Origin: a virus
Reading direction: 5' to 3' (one strand)
Length of the DNA: 64,000 bases
Virus record (IMG/VR): IMGVR_UViG_3300044680_000048
Span: 32,001-96,000 of that record
In this document: one piece after another, positions 37,166-46,945 of the stretch
How positions within the stretch are numbered: the first letter of the stretch is position 1
How the letters are laid out: each line of letters begins with the position of its first letter
Translations under genes and position numbers: made by a program
Notes under the pieces: generated by a model
Told to the model about the DNA's origin: nothing
The model's input: the letters and a program-made list of their open reading frames with translations, nothing else
Databases searched by the model: none

Positions 37166-37633
37166 GTGTATAAAATAGTGGGTCAAGAAGAAAAAAGAAT
37201 TACGGAAACCCTATTAAAGACGGCTAAACCCCTAAGATTGAAAGAGGAGATTAAGCTTCGTCCCGCCTTCGTAGATGAATATCTAGAAGCAGATAAGAAT
37301 GAAAAAATCTGGAAGAAGAAGAAAGATGAGATAAAAATTGAACTTCTTCCTTTCTTGCGGGAAAACCCTCTTCTAGAAGATATTTATATAGCTAGACCCA
37401 AGGGAAAGCCTAAGTATGATCCAGATAAGTTATATGAATGGGTGGTTTCCCAAAACCTTCCGCCGGAAGTCCTTGAGGAAATTACTATAAAGACCATTGA
37501 CACAGATAAGCTCTCTGAGATATACAAGAGGAATCTGATAGGTCTTCCCCCAGAAGATTGTTATGAAGTTAAAGAAGATTCAGAACGGTTAGAGATCCCA
37601 GCTAATAGGCGTAGGAAGAAAGATGAAAGTTAG
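37166..37633 (+). CDS. hypothetical protein (155 aa)
   Basis: First rightward ORF after the divergence point. GTG start. Lys/Glu-rich. Confidence 0.45.
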   Translation: MYKIVGQEEKRITETLLKTAKPLRLKEEIKLRPAFVDEYLEADKNEKIWKKKKDEIKIELLPFLRENPLLEDIYIARPKGKPKYDPDKLYEWVVSQNLPPEVLEEITIKTIDTDKLSEIYKRNLIGLPPEDCYEVKEDSERLEIPANRRRKKDES

Positions 37634-37805
37634 AACTGTGGCCTATTTACATGGTGATAAATATTCTATGAGAGATTTAGGAAGTGAGCTGGGTTTAACA
37701 GAAGATGCTATAGATCGTTTTAGGTATGCACTTTATGAGGTAGAGATAACTCTAGAAGTAGATACTGAAACTGGGGAATACACTATTATTTCCGTAAAAG
37801 AATAA
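37623..37805 (+). CDS. hypothetical protein (60 aa)
   Basis: Tightly packed co-oriented ORF. Confidence 0.45.
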   Translation: MKVRTVAYLHGDKYSMRDLGSELGLTEDAIDRFRYALYEVEITLEVDTETGEYTIISVKE

Positions 37806-37806
37806 A

Positions 37807-40647
37807 TTGTCCAACCTTTCCACTATCCTTAAATACCTTCCGGCTTTTAAGAAGAAATTTATACTTTCTTCTACAACTAAGTACGGTCAACAGTGGTTGG
37901 CTGTAGATAAACACAAAGATCCTCTTCCTAACTGGAAGGCTCAGTATGATGACCAAAGAAGAAAAGGAATTCCGATAACTAAGGAAGTCCTGATTAACCA
38001 TTTCAATGCTCAACCTAAGTACTCTAAGAAGATCCTTTCCCAAAAGATGGGAGGTGGAGTAGTTGATGCTGTATGGGGAATGTGGGGTGTCTGTCTTAAT
38101 TTCGATGGTTTTGTCAGTCCTATTATTATAGATGCTGATAGTGATGAACTTATTGACCTCTTTGAGGAGAAACTTCGCCCTCAACTAATAAAGCATGACA
38201 TTGAGTATATTGAAGAATACAGAGGTGTAGATAATGAAAGACGCCATTATATTCTCTTTGCCGATGACCTTGAAACTAAGTGGACTAATGCCCTTTTAAA
38301 TCAATTCCGGTTAGATGCTGGAGTAGATAAAAAAGAATGGTTTCCAGAAATCTACCCTTATCTAGATAGAGATCAGGCTCTATGTAGTATGCCTTTCGGT
38401 CTCTATCTAAAGACTATGAGTGTTAAATGGGGGAGATTTGGTAAGAGTGAAATTACCAATCTAGAAGAAGGAATGCAGTCTGTAATTGATTGTAAGCCTA
38501 TTACTCTAGATAAGCTTCAATCTCTTCTAAAAGCAACTCCTAAAGAAGAGAAGAAGATCTATAAGATTCCAGAAAAGGTTATTATAAAACCTACTTCTGA
38601 CCTTCCCGTTCCCTTAGATGTTCCGGAATACATTGCTGAAGTAGGAAAACGCTGTCAGGCTATTAATAGACTCCTCCACAATATCCAAGATCCTAATGCA
38701 GTAGAAGACCATGAAGTTGGATTAGGTCTTGCCGCAATGGCTACTCTCAATGACAATATCCACAAGGACCAAGAGGGAAAAGATTGGATGGGAACTCTCC
38801 CTCTGGGAGTAAACTCACCGGAACAAAATCTCCTTTACTATTACCCCAAACGGGGAGGAACTCCTACTTGTGCTACTTGGGAAAGATTATTAGATGCTTG
38901 TGAAGGTTGTCCCTTTAAAGGGCACATTACGACTCCTAAGCAGCTTTATAAAGCAGAAACTATTGAACGGGAAAAAATAGGAGAAATCCGTATTGCCTCT
39001 AAAGAAGAGATTAGAGCAGAAGTCTTCCCGCAAGTAGATAAATTAATCGATAATGCTCTAGATAGTAATCAGAGAGTAGATATCCTACTAGAGTCAGTCC
39101 AGGATTCCGGGAAGTCTTATTACGTAGATCAGCTTGCAGTTCGGCTTTCAAGAGAAGGAAAAAAGGTCTGTATCTCTTGTAACAGTACTGATGTGGCTTT
39201 AGAGCATAAGAGCAGAATAGAATTCAGCCAAGACGGAAGTCCTACTGGAGCCAAGGCTTTCATTATGGCTTCCTACAATGCTATCTTTGAGAAATTCTCT
39301 AACGGAATTACTTGTCCCAAGTCTGAAGAAATCCAAGACCTAATTAGCTTGGGGGTAGATTCCTCCTACTTCAAAGAACGGTACTGTAAGAAGTGTCCAT
39401 ACTATGACACTTGTAATTACCCGAAACAGTATTCTCAGGTTCAAGAAGAGAAATATGATATTGTAATTATCCAACATGCCCATATGGCATGTACTGAGGT
39501 TATCCGGCAACTCTTTGCTAAAGAATTTGATATCTTAATTATTGATGAGACTTTTATAGACCAGATTACCACTCAACTAAAACCTACTGAAGCTGAGTTG
39601 GAACTATTTGAAGATATTCCGGAACCCCCTAATTGGATTAAACACCTTCGGAAGTGGCTTAAGGGTGGAAACTATCCAGGACCTAAATTAAAACCTTCCA
39701 GAGACGATTTAAAACCTCTCCTAGCTCTTCATAAGGATAAAGGTATTCCCTATAGAGTAGATCAGTTTATCCGCCTCTATAACGATGATGAGTGGCTAGA
39801 TGAAGCAGTAGGAGTAATGAAGTTTGTTCCTTTGCCGGAACCTACTGTAAGACTCCTTACAGATGCTACTCCTTCAATAGAAGAACTTCGAATAGTTCTA
39901 GATAATCCAGATATTATTAGAGTGGGAGGAGGGATAGTTATTGATCCCTCTTGCTATCATGAGAGAAGTAAGAATTATCAGATTCTAGATTCTAAAGCTT
40001 CTAAACAGCAGATGCTTAAAAATGAGAAACTCTATGAGTATCTAGAGTGGGTTGGGGATCTTATGCGGGGTAAGTATAAAGATCTTACTGCCTTAATTAC
40101 TGTACATATGGAAGCAGAACAAGATGCCTGGGATTGGTTAATCCGGAATTATCCGGAAACTATTTCCCGAATACAAATTAATCACATGAGTGTAGGAAGT
40201 AATGAATGGGCTAAGTTCAATGTCCAATTTATTCTTGCTTCCCCCTACATTGACTATAAAACAGTGCGGGAACAAGTTTATAAGTTGAAGTTCATTAAGA
40301 ACTACTTCTTGAGAATGAAGGAGCTTCCCTCTGAACCTAATAGGTATCCAGGATTCCTTACTAGTAATTCAAAGCCAGAAAAGCCTTTATGGAAACCGGT
40401 TAGACGGAACCATAGAGACGGGATATACAATTATCCCCAGTTCGTCTATGCAGTCCCTTGTGATAAAGATGAACAACTAGTTTCCCGAAGACTTATCGGG
40501 AAGACTCAACAAGCGGGAAGAATTAGACATAGTGCCGGAAAAGTCAATATTATTTACTTTCTTGACAGTAGCCCTATGGACGGAATGTTAATAGATGAAG
40601 TCTTTACAGAAGCAGAAATCCTGAACCCTATAAGAATTCAGGAATAA
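37807..40647 (+). CDS. replication protein, primase-polymerase / helicase-like (946 aa)
   Basis: The N-terminal part has an acidic IIIDADSDE segment. A Cys cluster (CATWERLLDACEGCPF) follows. The P-loop-like motif is QDSGKSY, and the Walker B-like motif is ILIIDETF. The domain call is tentative. Confidence 0.45.
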   Translation: MSNLSTILKYLPAFKKKFILSSTTKYGQQWLAVDKHKDPLPNWKAQYDDQRRKGIPITKEVLINHFNAQPKYSKKILSQKMGGGVVDAVWGMWGVCLNFDGFVSPIIIDADSDELIDLFEEKLRPQLIKHDIEYIEEYRGVDNERRHYILFADDLETKWTNALLNQFRLDAGVDKKEWFPEIYPYLDRDQALCSMPFGLYLKTMSVKWGRFGKSEITNLEEGMQSVIDCKPITLDKLQSLLKATPKEEKKIYKIPEKVIIKPTSDLPVPLDVPEYIAEVGKRCQAINRLLHNIQDPNAVEDHEVGLGLAAMATLNDNIHKDQEGKDWMGTLPLGVNSPEQNLLYYYPKRGGTPTCATWERLLDACEGCPFKGHITTPKQLYKAETIEREKIGEIRIASKEEIRAEVFPQVDKLIDNALDSNQRVDILLESVQDSGKSYYVDQLAVRLSREGKKVCISCNSTDVALEHKSRIEFSQDGSPTGAKAFIMASYNAIFEKFSNGITCPKSEEIQDLISLGVDSSYFKERYCKKCPYYDTCNYPKQYSQVQEEKYDIVIIQHAHMACTEVIRQLFAKEFDILIIDETFIDQITTQLKPTEAELELFEDIPEPPNWIKHLRKWLKGGNYPGPKLKPSRDDLKPLLALHKDKGIPYRVDQFIRLYNDDEWLDEAVGVMKFVPLPEPTVRLLTDATPSIEELRIVLDNPDIIRVGGGIVIDPSCYHERSKNYQILDSKASKQQMLKNEKLYEYLEWVGDLMRGKYKDLTALITVHMEAEQDAWDWLIRNYPETISRIQINHMSVGSNEWAKFNVQFILASPYIDYKTVREQVYKLKFIKNYFLRMKELPSEPNRYPGFLTSNSKPEKPLWKPVRRNHRDGIYNYPQFVYAVPCDKDEQLVSRRLIGKTQQAGRIRHSAGKVNIIYFLDSSPMDGMLIDEVFTEAEILNPIRIQE

Positions 40648-40651
40648 CTGA

Positions 40652-40837
40652 TTACGCATCTTGCGTTACGCTTAAAACGTAATTACATTTCTCACACTGA
40701 CAAGTTCTCGTACCCTTCAATAATTTTATATTGACACAGCAGGAAGAACACAGTTGACAATCTACTGCTTTAGTTCCACCACAGCACTTGTTGCCGGAAT
40801 CTTCTTCATGACACTCATGACACCACCATTCAGTCAT
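40652..40837 (-). CDS. cysteine-rich small protein (61 aa, 13 Cys)
   Basis: MTEWWCHECHEEDSGNKCCGGTKAVDCQLCSSCCVNIKLLKGTRTCQCEKCNY. It overlaps the upstream gene by 4 nt. Confidence 0.45.
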   Translation of the reverse strand: MTEWWCHECHEEDSGNKCCGGTKAVDCQLCSSCCVNIKLLKGTRTCQCEKCNYVLSVTQDA

Positions 40838-41192
40838 AGAAGTTTTAAATCTCCAGTAAAAGGGGCTAAGACAGAAGAGTAATCAGGACCTAGCGCAGCG
40901 CATGTAAAAGTAGGAACTCCATGAAACTCCATAGCTCCATTATCAACTATTCGGGAAACTCTTATTCCGGCTTCTTCTGCTAAATCACAAAGGCTAGAAA
41001 GTTTCTCCTCTGAGAGACAGTAGGGGAAAAACCACAACAGTCTGGATTTCCACACCCAGAATAGTTCATTACAGGCTTAAGAGAATCTGTGAGAAACTTC
41101 ATAGAAGCGTGAGAAACTTGAGACGAAGTTTTTCCTATAGACATTTTAAGGTCTTTTCTGACAACTATGACTTGTTTAATTTTGTCTTCCAT
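40834..41192 (-). pseudogene. PTH2-type peptidyl-tRNA hydrolase-like gene, split by frameshift(s)
   Basis: The N-terminal ORF reads KQVIVVRKDLKMSIGKTSSQVSHAS. The C-terminal ORF, in another frame, reads SEEKLSSLCDLAEEAGI...DNGAMEF...AALGP...FTGDLKLL. Together they cover the PTH2 consensus as I recall it. The frames change near the G4A5 run at 41023-41031. Confidence 0.55.
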
Positions 41193-41534
41193 TTATCCTC
41201 CTATAGAATCTGGAACATCATCTAGATTCAAACCTTTCAGTTCTTCTATGTCAGTAGAAGGAGGAGAACCCCCAATGGTTACTACGGCAGTAAGTTCCTT
41301 ACCTATCTTTCCGGAATGGTTTGGTAGGAACTCTAAGGTAAACTTATTACCACCTTCCCATTTAATAATCCCCCCGGCACGGCTAATAACCTTCAGGAGG
41401 GTAAGACTCTCATAATCCTTAACTAACTTATTAGTAACATTAATGAAAGTACTTAGTAGAAGCTCATCTGGATTACTCCCTTTATTGTACTGCTCTATAT
41501 AGGCCTTAAGCAAATCAAATTCTTCTTTATTCAT
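41193..41534 (-). CDS. hypothetical protein (113 aa)
   Basis: Co-oriented ORF. Its stop abuts the next ATG. Confidence 0.5.
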   Translation of the reverse strand: MNKEEFDLLKAYIEQYNKGSNPDELLLSTFINVTNKLVKDYESLTLLKVISRAGGIIKWEGGNKFTLEFLPNHSGKIGKELTAVVTIGGSPPSTDIEELKGLNLDDVPDSIGG

Positions 41535-41761
41535 TTTCCGTCCACCGAGTATTCATTTTCATCTAAGCTTGACTCTTCCAATAAGGTATTAAATCCATTA
41601 ATTGACATACCAACAACTTCTTCAAAAGATAGTCTTTCCCAATCCTTTATTAACTTTTCACTAATTTCAACAAGAAGAGAAATATCTTCTGTCTCTAAAA
41701 CAAACTCACTTTTAAGAAGATTTAATAGACTTCTTAATTTAAATATCTCTAACTGAGTCAT
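41531..41761 (-). CDS. hypothetical protein (76 aa)
   Basis: I prefer the ATG at 41761, which has an AAGGAG box 8 nt upstream, over the GTG at 41770 used by the track. Confidence 0.5.
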   Translation of the reverse strand: MTQLEIFKLRSLLNLLKSEFVLETEDISLLVEISEKLIKDWERLSFEEVVGMSINGFNTLLEESSLDENEYSVDGK

Positions 41762-41829
41762 TACCGGCACTCCTTACATCCACAAGTTTTCAGTCCAATC
41801 TTTAAGTTTTTTGTAATCTTTCGGTTCCA

Positions 41830-42042
41830 TTAGAATTCCACTTCTCCAAATACTGATTCTAGAAATTCATGAATATCTGCTGACCAATCTACACACTCAT
41901 AAGAGTAGTAGGAATACATGAATTCAATAAATTTGTCTACTTGTTCTCCGGTTAGATTCATTATATTTTCCTTAAACCCTACGCTAGCTGTATACGTTCT
42001 CTCATCTTTCTTTATTTTCCCTCTTAAAAAAGAAGTCCACAC
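41830..42042 (-). CDS. hypothetical protein (70 aa)
   Basis: First ORF of the leftward block at a divergent junction. Confidence 0.45.
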   Translation of the reverse strand: MWTSFLRGKIKKDERTYTASVGFKENIMNLTGEQVDKFIEFMYSYYSYECVDWSADIHEFLESVFGEVEF

Positions 42043-42276
42043 TGCTTACTATCTAGTTACATGTTATCTAAGATAACTACTGTCATATAGTTATATAGGT
42101 AATTACTATAAAGTAGTAACATACTTAAAACAGTATTCACGCTCCCTTCGGTCGCTGAGTCATGATAGCATAGATTTGGGCGTTTACAACATTAAGTTTT
42201 TTTCTTTTTGGGAATATCTTCGAACAATTACGAAAAGCTAAAATTAAAGATGACAACCGTTTCCACCGGAAACATC

Positions 42277-42285
42277 TGTTATACT
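42277..42285 (+). promoter_or_regulatory. extended -10 promoter TGTTATACT
   Basis: It lies 29 nt upstream of the ATG at 42314, in a 271-bp divergent intergenic region that also holds the palindromes GTTATC-TAA-GATAAC and TTACTA-TAAAG-TAGTAA. Confidence 0.45.
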
Positions 42286-42313
42286 AAATTCAATACTAAT
42301 AAAGGAGTACCTT

Positions 42314-43219
42314 ATGGTACAAAACGCAGTCAACAGTTTCTTAGAAACAAGTGAGAAAGTAGAAGTAGTTAAGAATACCCGAAGCGGTGGCTTCGACTAT
42401 GATCTATATTATCCGAAACTTATCCTTCAAGAAGATACACCCTCTCATATCTCTTTTTTAACAGATTTTATTAGAGGGGTCAAGTTTAAGGTACATTGGA
42501 ATGATGAGAAGCGAGGCTTCGATCTATGTAATGATCATTACAAATTACCATGTAAATCATGTGAGGAGTCTAAAAAGGCTCAATCTAAAGCAGATAAAGC
42601 TGCCGGAAAGAAAAGAAGTTACCCTTCTGAAATGAGACTAATGTTCACCTACTGTTATGATAAAGTAGGTGTTACTAAAGAGTCTACTAGTGGAGTAGAG
42701 TATCAGGAAGAACCTGTCTGCATAGCAGAAATCCGTAAAGGGGAAGGTGGAGTTAACTTCAAGACTCTTCAAGAAGCTAATGGAGAACATCCAGACTTCA
42801 TGGACCTTTATGATTTCTACGAGATTGTAGAAGAAAATGGAGTAGAAGTCTATAGACTTAAAAAAGAATCTCTCAAGAATAACTATCTTATGTATGAAGA
42901 CAATGGCGAAGCCAAAATTTGGCAACTCCGAAAAACTAAATCAGGAGAAGGTAAGAACGCTAAAACCACTTACAATGAACCTAAGTACATCACACATAAT
43001 AAGGCTAGACAAAACTTTGGTAAGGACACTAAGTTTACTGTTCCTAAAGAAGTTAGAGAGTACTTTGATAATAAGTCCGCAGCAGAGCTGCTTCCATTCT
43101 TCTTAGTCAATTTCTCTAATGTCCAGTGGGATCTACTGGGTATGGAACCTCCTAAAGAAGGGGATAAGCTAGTTCTAAGTGGAGCTACTAAAAAGGTGGA
43201 TGCCTCTAAAGAACTCTAA
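42314..43219 (+). CDS. ssDNA-binding protein, T4 gp32-like (301 aa)
   Basis: The zinc motif H-x10-C-x7-C-x2-C (VHWNDEKRGFDLCNDHYKLPCKSC) sits at the same relative position as the T4 gp32 motif H-x12-C-x9-C-x2-C. The protein is the same length as gp32 and lies immediately upstream of the DNA polymerase. An AAGGAG box precedes the ATG. Confidence 0.5.
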   Translation: MVQNAVNSFLETSEKVEVVKNTRSGGFDYDLYYPKLILQEDTPSHISFLTDFIRGVKFKVHWNDEKRGFDLCNDHYKLPCKSCEESKKAQSKADKAAGKKRSYPSEMRLMFTYCYDKVGVTKESTSGVEYQEEPVCIAEIRKGEGGVNFKTLQEANGEHPDFMDLYDFYEIVEENGVEVYRLKKESLKNNYLMYEDNGEAKIWQLRKTKSGEGKNAKTTYNEPKYITHNKARQNFGKDTKFTVPKEVREYFDNKSAAELLPFFLVNFSNVQWDLLGMEPPKEGDKLVLSGATKKVDASKEL

Positions 43220-43234
43220 ATTGATAGTAAAGGT

Positions 43235-43254
43235 GGGAGGGCAATTGCCCTCCC
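43235..43254 (+). terminator. GC-rich hairpin (weak terminator or attenuator)
   Basis: GGGAGGGC-AATT-GCCCTCCC is followed by TTCTGC, so only a short T tract follows. Confidence 0.4.
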
Positions 43255-43272
43255 TTCTGCTATAGTAAGTAA

Positions 43273-45840
43273 ATGAATAATACACTAGAAAAGACTTATA
43301 CTGTTATTGAAACTATAGAAGCCCTTGAAGTTGCTCTTCAGGAGCTTCATAAATATCTAGATAAAACTGAAGAAAACGGACAAAAACCCCGTCTAGCCTT
43401 AGATACAGAAACTTATACCTGTAAGGAGTCTAGGGATAGATATGACTTAGAATACTCCCTTACCCGGCTCAGAAGAGGAGATAAGGTTTGGGCTAAGCAA
43501 ATTCAGGGTCTTCTAGACAGTTGCATGAGTATGAATGAAATTAAGGCTTCTGATATTTGGCAGGAGATGCCGGAAGCTTTTGAATTAAGGCAAAACCCTG
43601 ATCCGGAAGAAAGATACCCAATTCCTGAACCCATTCTTAATAAATGGGGATTCCATGATGCTAGAGTACGTTTAATTCAGATTGGAATAAATCCTGCCCA
43701 CATTAATCTTCAATATATATTTGACTTAGATAAGATTAGACTAGATAACTGCTATGGTTCTGAGAAAAATTATAATCAAGATCATGTTTTTCCTTTTTAT
43801 GCAGAAATAGGGAGGATGTTTAAACCCCTTCTAGACCGAGTTACTATTGTTGGACAGAACCTTAAGTACGAATATAAATTCTTCTGGGCTTACTTCAAGA
43901 TAAGACTTAAGTTGATGAGGGATACATACCTTATCAATCAGGTTATCTATACCGGAGATAAGATTAGCCACTCTTTGGGAAACCTTTACCGGCAACATAT
44001 TCCTAAAGCTAAGTTCAGTGCCCTTATAGGTTATGTTCCAGAGATAGTAGAAGATGAAGAAGGGAACCAAACTGAAATAGATGATCCCTCTGGTTGGTAT
44101 GACAAGTTCAAGAAGGAAGAACAATTATCTCCTTGGTATGCTGAAAACCTTTCTCCTAAACAGTATGTATATGGATCTCATGACGTATTCCTAATCTGGC
44201 CAGTATTTGAAAGACAGTTAGAAATAGCTTCTGATTGGGCTAATAAGCATGATACAGGAGTTCCGGGAACCGGAATCCTTGAGATTATAAAGTTAGAATG
44301 TGAGCTTATTAAGGCAATCTCTAAAGCAGAGGTTGTAGGCTTCCCTCTTGACTTAGATTATTACGAGAATGAATTACGCCCCGCTTTAGAAAAAGAGATT
44401 CAGGAAGCTCAGGAAGAGGCGGATAAGCTCTTTAAGAAGACAGTTACTAGAGAGAAGAAAGTTACTACTGTAAAAGGGAAAAAAGATAAGAAGATTGAAT
44501 TTGTTACTGAGGTAACGGAAGAATCCTATAATTTAAATTCTCCAGACCAAATCAGAGTAATTCTGGGACCAGAACTTTGTGCTCTACTTCCTAAAACAGA
44601 TAAGGGAAAACCTTCTACAGCCGCTGATGAACTGTTTATCATTCAAGATAAGCATCCTATCATCCCTCTTGCTTTAAGAGTCAAGAGAGCCCTTAAAACC
44701 ATCTCCTCCTTTGAGGGAGAGCGGGGCTATAAGAATAATATGGACAGTAATGGAGTAATACACCATACAATTCATCAATTAGGTAGAGAAGAAAGTGGAA
44801 TCAGCACAGGACGTATGGCTGGAGCCAAACCTAATCTGATGCAGGTAGACAATGATCCTAAAGTTCGTAGAGCTTTTGTTCCGGAAAGTAAAGAAGATAA
44901 ACGAGAAGGGAAGAAAAAGAAGATTATTATTTGGGACTACTCCCAAATTGAACCAAGACTTCAGGGAGAAGATGCCTTAGATGATTTCCTAATTGGTTGT
45001 TTTAGAGACGGAAGAGATCTCCATGCTGAAACTGCTAAGAATATCTTCCATCTAGACTTCTTGCCGGATAAACATAAACCGGAAGATAAACCTTGGAGAG
45101 ATAGAGGTAAAGAAATTAGACTTGCCCGAACATACCTTATGGGTATTGATAAAGGTATTAAGAAAGTCTATGTAGAGTCCAAGGGAAAACTTGACTATAT
45201 CCTTAGAGGAGATGAGGGAAGACAGGCTTTTATTGAGGATTTAAATACCTTCGATAACCTTACTCCACAACTCAAAGAACTAAAAGAGAATATGGAGAAT
45301 GAGGTTAAAGCCTTAGCAATACAGAAGAAAGGATTAGCCTTTGCTGCTGATGGTAGACCTTTCTATGTAGCTAAGAGTATGATGGGGAGAACTAGAAGAT
45401 TCTGCCTCTCTCCGGAAGACCGTAGGGATGCTATGAAGAATCCGGAAGATTGGGATTTCCATAAGAAGGTTTACTATACCAGGACCGGAAATACTAGTAG
45501 TTGGTCTAATAAGTGTAACTCTGAATTAAGAGATGCGGCAAGAGAAGCCGGAAATAATAGATTCCAAATGTCTGCTGCGGATATCTTCAAGTCTGCAATT
45601 GTTAAAGCAAACTTAAAACTTGAGGAATTTGAAGAAGAGTGGGCAAATATGGGATATACTGCTTATATGGTAAATTTCGTACACGATGAAATTATTGCCA
45701 TTGCTAGTGAAGAAGTTGCGGAAATAGTAAGCAAGATAATCCATGATAGTATGGTAGAGGCCGCTAAACCTTTCTTCAAAGTAGTACCTGTTTTAGTAGA
45801 AGGTGGAATTGCTCCTAATGATAGCTGGGCAGATAAATAA
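43273..45840 (+). CDS. family A DNA polymerase with 3'-5' exonuclease domain (855 aa)
   Basis: Exo I is LALDTETY. Motif A is WDYSQIEPRL. Motif B is RDRGKEIRLARTYLMG. Motif C is VNFVHDEII. Confidence 0.85.
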   Translation: MNNTLEKTYTVIETIEALEVALQELHKYLDKTEENGQKPRLALDTETYTCKESRDRYDLEYSLTRLRRGDKVWAKQIQGLLDSCMSMNEIKASDIWQEMPEAFELRQNPDPEERYPIPEPILNKWGFHDARVRLIQIGINPAHINLQYIFDLDKIRLDNCYGSEKNYNQDHVFPFYAEIGRMFKPLLDRVTIVGQNLKYEYKFFWAYFKIRLKLMRDTYLINQVIYTGDKISHSLGNLYRQHIPKAKFSALIGYVPEIVEDEEGNQTEIDDPSGWYDKFKKEEQLSPWYAENLSPKQYVYGSHDVFLIWPVFERQLEIASDWANKHDTGVPGTGILEIIKLECELIKAISKAEVVGFPLDLDYYENELRPALEKEIQEAQEEADKLFKKTVTREKKVTTVKGKKDKKIEFVTEVTEESYNLNSPDQIRVILGPELCALLPKTDKGKPSTAADELFIIQDKHPIIPLALRVKRALKTISSFEGERGYKNNMDSNGVIHHTIHQLGREESGISTGRMAGAKPNLMQVDNDPKVRRAFVPESKEDKREGKKKKIIIWDYSQIEPRLQGEDALDDFLIGCFRDGRDLHAETAKNIFHLDFLPDKHKPEDKPWRDRGKEIRLARTYLMGIDKGIKKVYVESKGKLDYILRGDEGRQAFIEDLNTFDNLTPQLKELKENMENEVKALAIQKKGLAFAADGRPFYVAKSMMGRTRRFCLSPEDRRDAMKNPEDWDFHKKVYYTRTGNTSSWSNKCNSELRDAAREAGNNRFQMSAADIFKSAIVKANLKLEEFEEEWANMGYTAYMVNFVHDEIIAIASEEVAEIVSKIIHDSMVEAAKPFFKVVPVLVEGGIAPNDSWADK

Positions 45841-45848
45841 AGGATAAT

Positions 45849-46622
45849 ATGGAAGAACTAAACTTACTGATAATTCCCGATCCACATACTAGAAAAGGGG
45901 AAGATAATATTTCCCGTTTTACTGCACTTGGGCGGAAGGTTGTTTCAGAACAACCAGATGTAATTATCAATATGGGAGACCATTTCGATTTTCCCTCTTT
46001 ATCTGCTTGGGATGAAGGAACGGAAGCAATGTGGGGACAGTTCTTAGATGAGGACATCGCTGCAGGACATGAAGCTCTAGATGCCTTCCATGCTGAAATA
46101 GATGCCTATAATAAGGGAAGACGGAATAAGTATACCCCTAGACTTGAATTCCTTGAAGGGAACCATGAATGGAGAATGGAGAGATTCCTAATTAAAAATC
46201 CAAAATTTAGAGGAACCTTCGGTTTTGAAAAGTTAGGGCTAGAAGAAAGAGGCTGGAATACTACCAGATATAAGAAGAGATTAGTTATTCAAGATATTGT
46301 ATTTATGCATCATTTTGAAAACAAAATGGGTAAACCACTGGCCAGTCTTCATCTGGGATACAACATTATCCGGAACCACAAAGTAAGCGGAATTATGGGA
46401 CATAACCACGGTTATAACCTCTACAAAGAAGGAGGAGCAGATGGTAGGAAATACTTAGCGGGCACGGTTGGGTGGTATGGAAGTTCCTCTCAGATAGAAG
46501 CCTATGCTGAATCCACTATGTATAACTGGTTCAATGGTATAACCGAAATCAAAAATGCCAAAGAGGGCTTTGGGGATGACTCTTTTACTAGTCAAGAAAC
46601 TTTACTAAAGGAATATCTATGA
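45849..46622 (+). CDS. calcineurin-like metallophosphoesterase (257 aa)
   Basis: The motifs appear in canonical order: IPDPH, GDHFD, GNHE and GHNH. Confidence 0.7.
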   Translation: MEELNLLIIPDPHTRKGEDNISRFTALGRKVVSEQPDVIINMGDHFDFPSLSAWDEGTEAMWGQFLDEDIAAGHEALDAFHAEIDAYNKGRRNKYTPRLEFLEGNHEWRMERFLIKNPKFRGTFGFEKLGLEERGWNTTRYKKRLVIQDIVFMHHFENKMGKPLASLHLGYNIIRNHKVSGIMGHNHGYNLYKEGGADGRKYLAGTVGWYGSSSQIEAYAESTMYNWFNGITEIKNAKEGFGDDSFTSQETLLKEYL

Positions 46623-46945
46623 TAACAAGAGCTGCTGTACTCAAAACACTTAAAGATAAAGAAAAAAAGAAGAAAGAACTGTCTTCTAAACAATTTGAAG
46701 GGGCTTTGGCTAGGATTGAGTCTGGGGTTAATGACGGAAAACTTATTTTTATGAATATAGGAAATGACCCTAAACTTCATGAATTTATTACTAAAACTTT
46801 AAAGAAGGAGGGACTCAAAGCAGAATTTACTATTGTTGAAACTCCCGTAGCTCCTTTTATCTCAAAGAGTAAAAATGGAAAGCCAACTAAAACAAGGGCA
46901 TATTTAAACAAAACTACTATTTTGAGGATTAGTATAGATGAGTAA
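46619..46945 (+). CDS. hypothetical protein (108 aa)
   Basis: 4-nt overlap with the upstream gene. Lys-rich. Confidence 0.5.
   Translation: MITRAAVLKTLKDKEKKKKELSSKQFEGALARIESGVNDGKLIFMNIGNDPKLHEFITKTLKKEGLKAEFTIVETPVAPFISKSKNGKPTKTRAYLNKTTILRISIDE

Noticed and set aside
37786-38184. 132-aa minus-strand ORF overlapping the start of the primase/helicase-like gene
   Set aside because: It is entirely antisense to a 946-aa ORF, has an odd composition, and no upstream signals were seen.
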